A DNA stretch of 32,000 nucleotides from Opitutia bacterium KCR 482 (GTDB lineage Bacteria; Verrucomicrobiota; Verrucomicrobiia; Opitutales; Intestinicryptomonadaceae): the NCBI GenBank assembly GCA_029269845.2, contig CP149973.1, positions 930,001 through 962,000 on the forward strand. Direction: 5' to 3'. This document shows positions 28,525 to 32,000 of the stretch, one piece after another. How positions within the stretch are numbered: the stretch's first letter is position 1; each line of letters begins with the position of its first letter. The notes under the pieces are model-generated. The model was given only the letters and a program-made list of their open reading frames with translations, ran no database searches and had not been told where the DNA came from. The position numbers and the translations under genes were made by a program.

Positions 28525-29161
28525 AAAGTTAGGCAACTATTTCATAACAGGAATTATCATCGCGCTCCCGATAGCCGTCACGATTTTCGTGTTCATGGTT
28601 TTGATTCGGAACGTGGGCACGCCCGTTTCGCAAACGGTTTTCGTGCCGCTCTTCCGCAACCTCGACGCCGCGCTTCCGCATTCGGGGCTGGGAATTGCGA
28701 TGCTCGATTTGCTCTCGACGCTCGTCGTGGTGCTGTTCATAACCGCGCTCGGAATCGCGTCGAAATTCCTGCTCGCCCGCTGGATTATCGACGCGGGGGA
28801 GCGCGTGATTAACAAAATCCCCGTCGTGGGGGTCGTCTACCGCACGGTCAAGCAGATTGTGGACACGTTTTCGAAGCAGAACAAGGCTGTGTTTCAGGCG
28901 GCGGTCATGGTCGAATTTCCGTCGAAGGGTCTGCGCTCGATAGGCTTCCTCACGGGAGAGGCCAAGGGCGAAATCCGCGAGCGCACGGGCGGCGACTACG
29001 CAAACGTCTTCGTGCCCACAACCCCGAACCCCACGAGCGGCTTCCTCATCGTAGTGCCGAAAAGCGAAATCGTGTACCTCGACATGACGGTGGGAGAGGC
29101 TATGAAACTCATAATTTCAGGCGGCGCGGTCGCGCCCGAAGCGAAAAAATCCGAAAAGTGA
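28517..29161 (+). CDS. DUF502-family membrane protein
   Basis: 214 aa. N-terminus KLGNYFITGIIIALPIAVTIFV, a second TM helix, then IPVVGVVYRTVKQIVDTF and FVPTTPNPTSGFLIVVP, which are characteristic DUF502 motifs. Overlaps the ybeY stop by 8 nt. Confidence 0.6.
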   Translation: MIKKLGNYFITGIIIALPIAVTIFVFMVLIRNVGTPVSQTVFVPLFRNLDAALPHSGLGIAMLDLLSTLVVVLFITALGIASKFLLARWIIDAGERVINKIPVVGVVYRTVKQIVDTFSKQNKAVFQAAVMVEFPSKGLRSIGFLTGEAKGEIRERTGGDYANVFVPTTPNPTSGFLIVVPKSEIVYLDMTVGEAMKLIISGGAVAPEAKKSEK

Positions 29162-29766
29162 ACGCGTTTTTCGCGATAGACTGCGCAACGGTTCTCGACA
29201 CGCAGATACGCGGCGAAAGCTCGCTGCAAATCGCGGCGTACTCGCCCGAACACGGGCTTTTCAGGGCGTCGAAAAGGATTTCGGCAAAGCGCGCGGGCGC
29301 GCTCCCCGACATCTTCGACGACATCTCCCTCGACTGTGAGGCGGCGTCGCCCTCCGCGCTGAAATTCGTCAGGGAGTTTTCGCGGACAAAACGCCGCGGG
29401 GGAATAGCCGAAAGCTACGACGCGTTCGAACAGGCGTCGCTCATCGCCCAAACCGTGCTGAAAAACGGCGGGCACATAGAAGACTCGCGCGCGCTTTCGG
29501 GCAAACTGCGGCTTGCGCTCGACGCGATAGACGCGGGGCGTCCGCCCGTTTCGGTGCGGCTGAAATTCATGTACCTGCTCGCGCGGGACGAGGGCTACCC
29601 CGTCCGCGAGGACTTTTACCGCAGGCTTGCCGAGCCGCAAAAGGAGCTGTTTTCCGCGCTCGTGAAAACGCCGAGCGGCGAATTGCGCGAATTCGAGACG
29701 CGCGCGCGCGACATGCTCGAAAAGCTCTGCCGCTGGATTTATGCGGAAACCGACATCGCCGAGTAG
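29158..29766 (+). CDS. RecO-like DNA repair protein (tentative)
   Basis: GTG start at 29158 (GTGA overlap with the upstream stop). 202 aa. The N-terminus AIDCATVLDTQIRGESSLQIAAYSPEHGLFRASKRISAKR resembles the RecO OB-fold pattern (A-VL..r-GEs-..l...t.e.G....akg). The later LKFMYLLARDEGY resembles the RecO C-terminal helical region. It is shorter than typical RecO and has no CxxC pairs. Confidence 0.4.
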   Translation: MNAFFAIDCATVLDTQIRGESSLQIAAYSPEHGLFRASKRISAKRAGALPDIFDDISLDCEAASPSALKFVREFSRTKRRGGIAESYDAFEQASLIAQTVLKNGGHIEDSRALSGKLRLALDAIDAGRPPVSVRLKFMYLLARDEGYPVREDFYRRLAEPQKELFSALVKTPSGELREFETRARDMLEKLCRWIYAETDIAE

Positions 29767-29770
29767 CCGC

Positions 29771-31693
29771 TCATCTCCCGCTTCCGACGGCGAGACGCTC
29801 CCGCGCCCTGTTGACGAAAGAAACCGCGTTTTTGGAAAACGCCGTAAATTCGGACAGCGCGGCGTCTACCCGCGCGAGGTTTTCCATCGCCTCCTGAACG
29901 GTGGAATCCGAGCCTGCGCGGCCGCGCAGCGAGGCGGAAATGCCGTTTGTCTCGGCTGAAATTTTCGAGAGCATGAGGGTAAGCTCGGAAAGGGCGGCGT
30001 CGATTTCGTCGAGAATTTTTGAGTCGGACTCCAACGCCGAAAGGAACGAGTCGGTATCGTTTGCGCCCGCGTCGAGCGTCTCCAAAATGGAGTCGCGAAT
30101 CGACTCTATGTCTATGACGGAAACGACGGTGCGCTTCGAAAGAATCTTGACCTGCTCGGCAAGCGTGCCCAAGCCCGACCCCTTGATTCCCGACTTCGCG
30201 GTTTCAATCGAAAGGTTCAGACTGAGAATGTTCGCCTGATCGGCGACTCCCGTGAAAGTTTCGGCGATTACGCTCATTTTCGCCGCCGCTCCGCGAAGCG
30301 CGGCGAGCCTTGAAACAATGCCCTGCGCCGACGACAGCGCCCCCCTGATTCCGCCCGAAACCTCCTGCACAGACTTTCCCTGCGAACGCGCAAGCTGCTC
30401 CGCGCCGTTGAGGCTTTCGCGCAAGTTCTGGGCGGCGACGGCAAGCGACGCGTCCGACTTGTCGCGCAAGTTCGTTTTTGCGTCGATTCGCAGAAGCCCG
30501 TTCGAAACGCCGTTGAGGCGCGGCTTCTGCTCGGCGACAATCGACCTCGCGTCTTCGTCGAGCTGCACGGAGGAGTCCAAAACGGTTTTTGCGATTTCGG
30601 AAATTTCGGCGTAGGCGTCAAGCAGTTTCACGATGTCGGTGTCTATTCCCGCAAACGCCGATATTCTGCGCGGAGTGATTTCGAAATATTCGCGCGCGCC
30701 CTGAATGTCGCGCAACGCCGCAAGAGCCGCGAGCCTGCGCGTTCTGCGCGCCGAGAGCGCCACCGACCGCCCCGCCAGCAGCGACACGAAAAGCGAAAGC
30801 GCCACAACCCCCGCAAAAACGTAGCCCGCAATCCGCAGTTTCGACACATCGGCGTTTTTGGACGCCGTCAAAAGCCCGTCGAGCGACTTCACCGAAACGT
30901 TCCACAGCTCCGACGCCGCCTTTTCGGTCTGCGTGAGGTTTGTGCGCACAAGCGAGGCGTCGAGGCTCTTGCCGTGCCAGATTTTCGAGACCGCCGAGTT
31001 CAGCTCGATAGTCGCCGAATTGAATTTGCCGATGTCGGCGACAATCGAAACCGACTTTTCGGGCGGGCATATCGCGCACGCCCTGCGAAGCTCCGCGACA
31101 AGCTCCGTTGCGCGTTCGTTCAGCACAACATACGCGGCGGAAAACTCGCTCGCCTGAACGCGGTCGGGCGCGGCGGGGTATTTTTTCAACAGCGACGAAA
31201 ACTTGAAAAGCGCGGAGTAGAACGACGGGAAAAGATCGGACGACGCGTCCATGAACATGTGGACTCCCGTGTGCGAATCCGTAAACAGCCCGCTTTGCAG
31301 GGCGATGAAGCCGCCCATGTCGGCGACAATGTCGCCCGTATCGGGCGTTTTTACGAACGCGTCGATTGACGACGCCGAGAAAATCCCCTGAATGCGCGGG
31401 CTTTTTTTGGCGTCGGAATTGCCGAGCTTCGGCGCGCCGTCGGAAAGTTTTTTTACCGCCTTTTTCAGTTCGGACGCGTCGAAGCGTTCGTCCGCTCCCG
31501 AAAGATACGCCGAGTGCGCAACAACCGCAAGCGACGACAACATTTTCACGCCCCTCAGCTCGCATTCGGAATTGCGCGCCCTGCCCGAAAGCTCGCAAAA
31601 ATAAAAGAATGCGGGCAAAGCCGACGCCGCAATACCCGCGGCGCATATCACAAACAGGCGCGTTCCCAAACTGTCAAATCTTAAAAATTTCAT
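29771..31693 (-). CDS. methyl-accepting-chemotaxis-protein-like transmembrane receptor (divergent signalling domain)
   Basis: ATG at 31693 (MKFLRFDSLGTRLFVICAAGIAASALPAFFYF = TM1). A roughly 270-aa extracytoplasmic helical domain is followed by TM2 (IAGYVFAGVVALSLFVSLLAG) and a cytoplasmic coiled coil. The hairpin-tip-like segment is ADQANILSLNLSIETAKSGIKGSGLGTLAEQVKILSKRT (compare canonical QTNLLALNAAIEAARAGExGRGFAVVAxEVRxLAxRT). The track's TTG start at 31759 lies inside the upstream terminator. Confidence 0.6.
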   Translation of the reverse strand: MKFLRFDSLGTRLFVICAAGIAASALPAFFYFCELSGRARNSECELRGVKMLSSLAVVAHSAYLSGADERFDASELKKAVKKLSDGAPKLGNSDAKKSPRIQGIFSASSIDAFVKTPDTGDIVADMGGFIALQSGLFTDSHTGVHMFMDASSDLFPSFYSALFKFSSLLKKYPAAPDRVQASEFSAAYVVLNERATELVAELRRACAICPPEKSVSIVADIGKFNSATIELNSAVSKIWHGKSLDASLVRTNLTQTEKAASELWNVSVKSLDGLLTASKNADVSKLRIAGYVFAGVVALSLFVSLLAGRSVALSARRTRRLAALAALRDIQGAREYFEITPRRISAFAGIDTDIVKLLDAYAEISEIAKTVLDSSVQLDEDARSIVAEQKPRLNGVSNGLLRIDAKTNLRDKSDASLAVAAQNLRESLNGAEQLARSQGKSVQEVSGGIRGALSSAQGIVSRLAALRGAAAKMSVIAETFTGVADQANILSLNLSIETAKSGIKGSGLGTLAEQVKILSKRTVVSVIDIESIRDSILETLDAGANDTDSFLSALESDSKILDEIDAALSELTLMLSKISAETNGISASLRGRAGSDSTVQEAMENLARVDAALSEFTAFSKNAVSFVNRARERLAVGSGR

Positions 31694-31757
31694 TCCGACT
31701 TGTGTAATAGCCGCCGCCGGCGGATTAGGCAACCATTTTTTGACTTCGCAAAGGCGC

Positions 31758-31791
31758 AAAAAAAATCGGAAGCCGAAGCCTCCGATTTTTT
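31758..31791 (-). terminator. terminator hairpin flanked by A- and T-runs (serves the upstream minus-strand gene)
   Basis: A8 (31758-31765), ATCGGAAGC (31765-31773), loop CGAA, GCCTCCGAT (31778-31786; 8 of 9 pairs), T6 (31786-31791). Read on the minus strand, the hairpin is followed by T8. Confidence 0.65.
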
Positions 31792-31808
31792 GGAAATCTT
31801 GAATCCGA

Positions 31809-32000
31809 TTAGTTCGAAGCCGACGTTACAATCGTGTTGTCGGGGAGAACGTCGTTCACGTCCGTAGCGGGAGGAGTCGTGAGCGGGTTCTGGGCGTTCG
31901 AGGAGGAGTCAACCAACTGGGTGTTGCCAACCGAGCCTTTTACCGTGCCGTTCGCATCGACGGCAAAGATAACCGGCATTGTGGTTGCCGTACCGTTCTG
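31809..32000 (-). CDS. hypothetical protein, C-terminal 63 codons (5' end beyond window)
   Basis: The minus-strand frame is open from the window edge to TAA (31809-31811): ...QNGTATTMPVIFAVDANGTVKGSVGNTQLVDSSSNAQNPLTTPPATDVNDVLPDNTIVTSASN. Codon usage is similar to the neighbours and the gene is followed by the terminator at 31758-31791. I recognise no family. Confidence 0.4.
   Translation of the reverse strand, partial: QNGTATTMPVIFAVDANGTVKGSVGNTQLVDSSSNAQNPLTTPPATDVNDVLPDNTIVTSASN

Noticed and set aside
31700-31730. 12-nt palindrome GCCGCCGGCGGC within a possible TTGCCT-N17-TATTAC promoter upstream of the MCP-like gene, and a similar TTGCCT-N16-TAGGAT arrangement upstream of recR (22897-22924).
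   Set aside because: Both hexamer pairs are weak matches and would imply near-leaderless mRNAs. A GC palindrome of this length is unremarkable in GC-rich DNA. This is not enough to call a feature without TSS data.

Overview
This is a GC-rich bacterial chromosomal segment that is almost fully coding. I call 26 CDSs, two of them truncated at the window edges. I see no rRNA, tRNA, CRISPR array, transposase, integrase or phage genes.

Most of the content is core housekeeping:
- alaS (3' part) and smc
- the conserved rpmF-plsX-fabH lipid cluster; rpmF is under 60 aa and missing from the ORF track
- a minus-strand operon: maf, a TonB-like protein, an RluA-family pseudouridine synthase, a DUF1189-like protein and an EamA transporter
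- a carbohydrate/propionate block: an uncharacterised secreted TIM-barrel-like protein, mutA-mutB, a GH51 arabinofuranosidase lipoprotein and a Tat-type metallophosphoesterase
- a long co-directional array with overlapping start/stop codons: recR, uppP, amidohydrolase, tmk, holB, a sugar-phosphate-isomerase-like TIM barrel, ybeY, DUF502 and a RecO-like gene
- a divergent orphan MCP-like receptor on the minus strand

All functional calls rest on motifs I recognised by eye; no searches were run. Gene content and a TonB-like 'FIEANP...PD' motif suggest a PVC-group (Verrucomicrobiota/Lentisphaerota/Kiritimatiellota-like) polysaccharide degrader, but that is only an inference.

I do not see convincing evidence for a defence island or a novel multi-gene system. 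The most unexplained signals are:
- a roughly 175-nt cluster of GC-rich palindromes between smc and rpmF
- a structured mutA leader with a 21-codon uORF ending in an ATGA overlap with mutA
- the divergent MCP-like protein
- the 702-aa secreted TIM-barrel-like protein
- a TIM-barrel enzyme coupled between holB and ybeY

The very long antisense ORFs in the track are codon-aligned shadows of the real genes.
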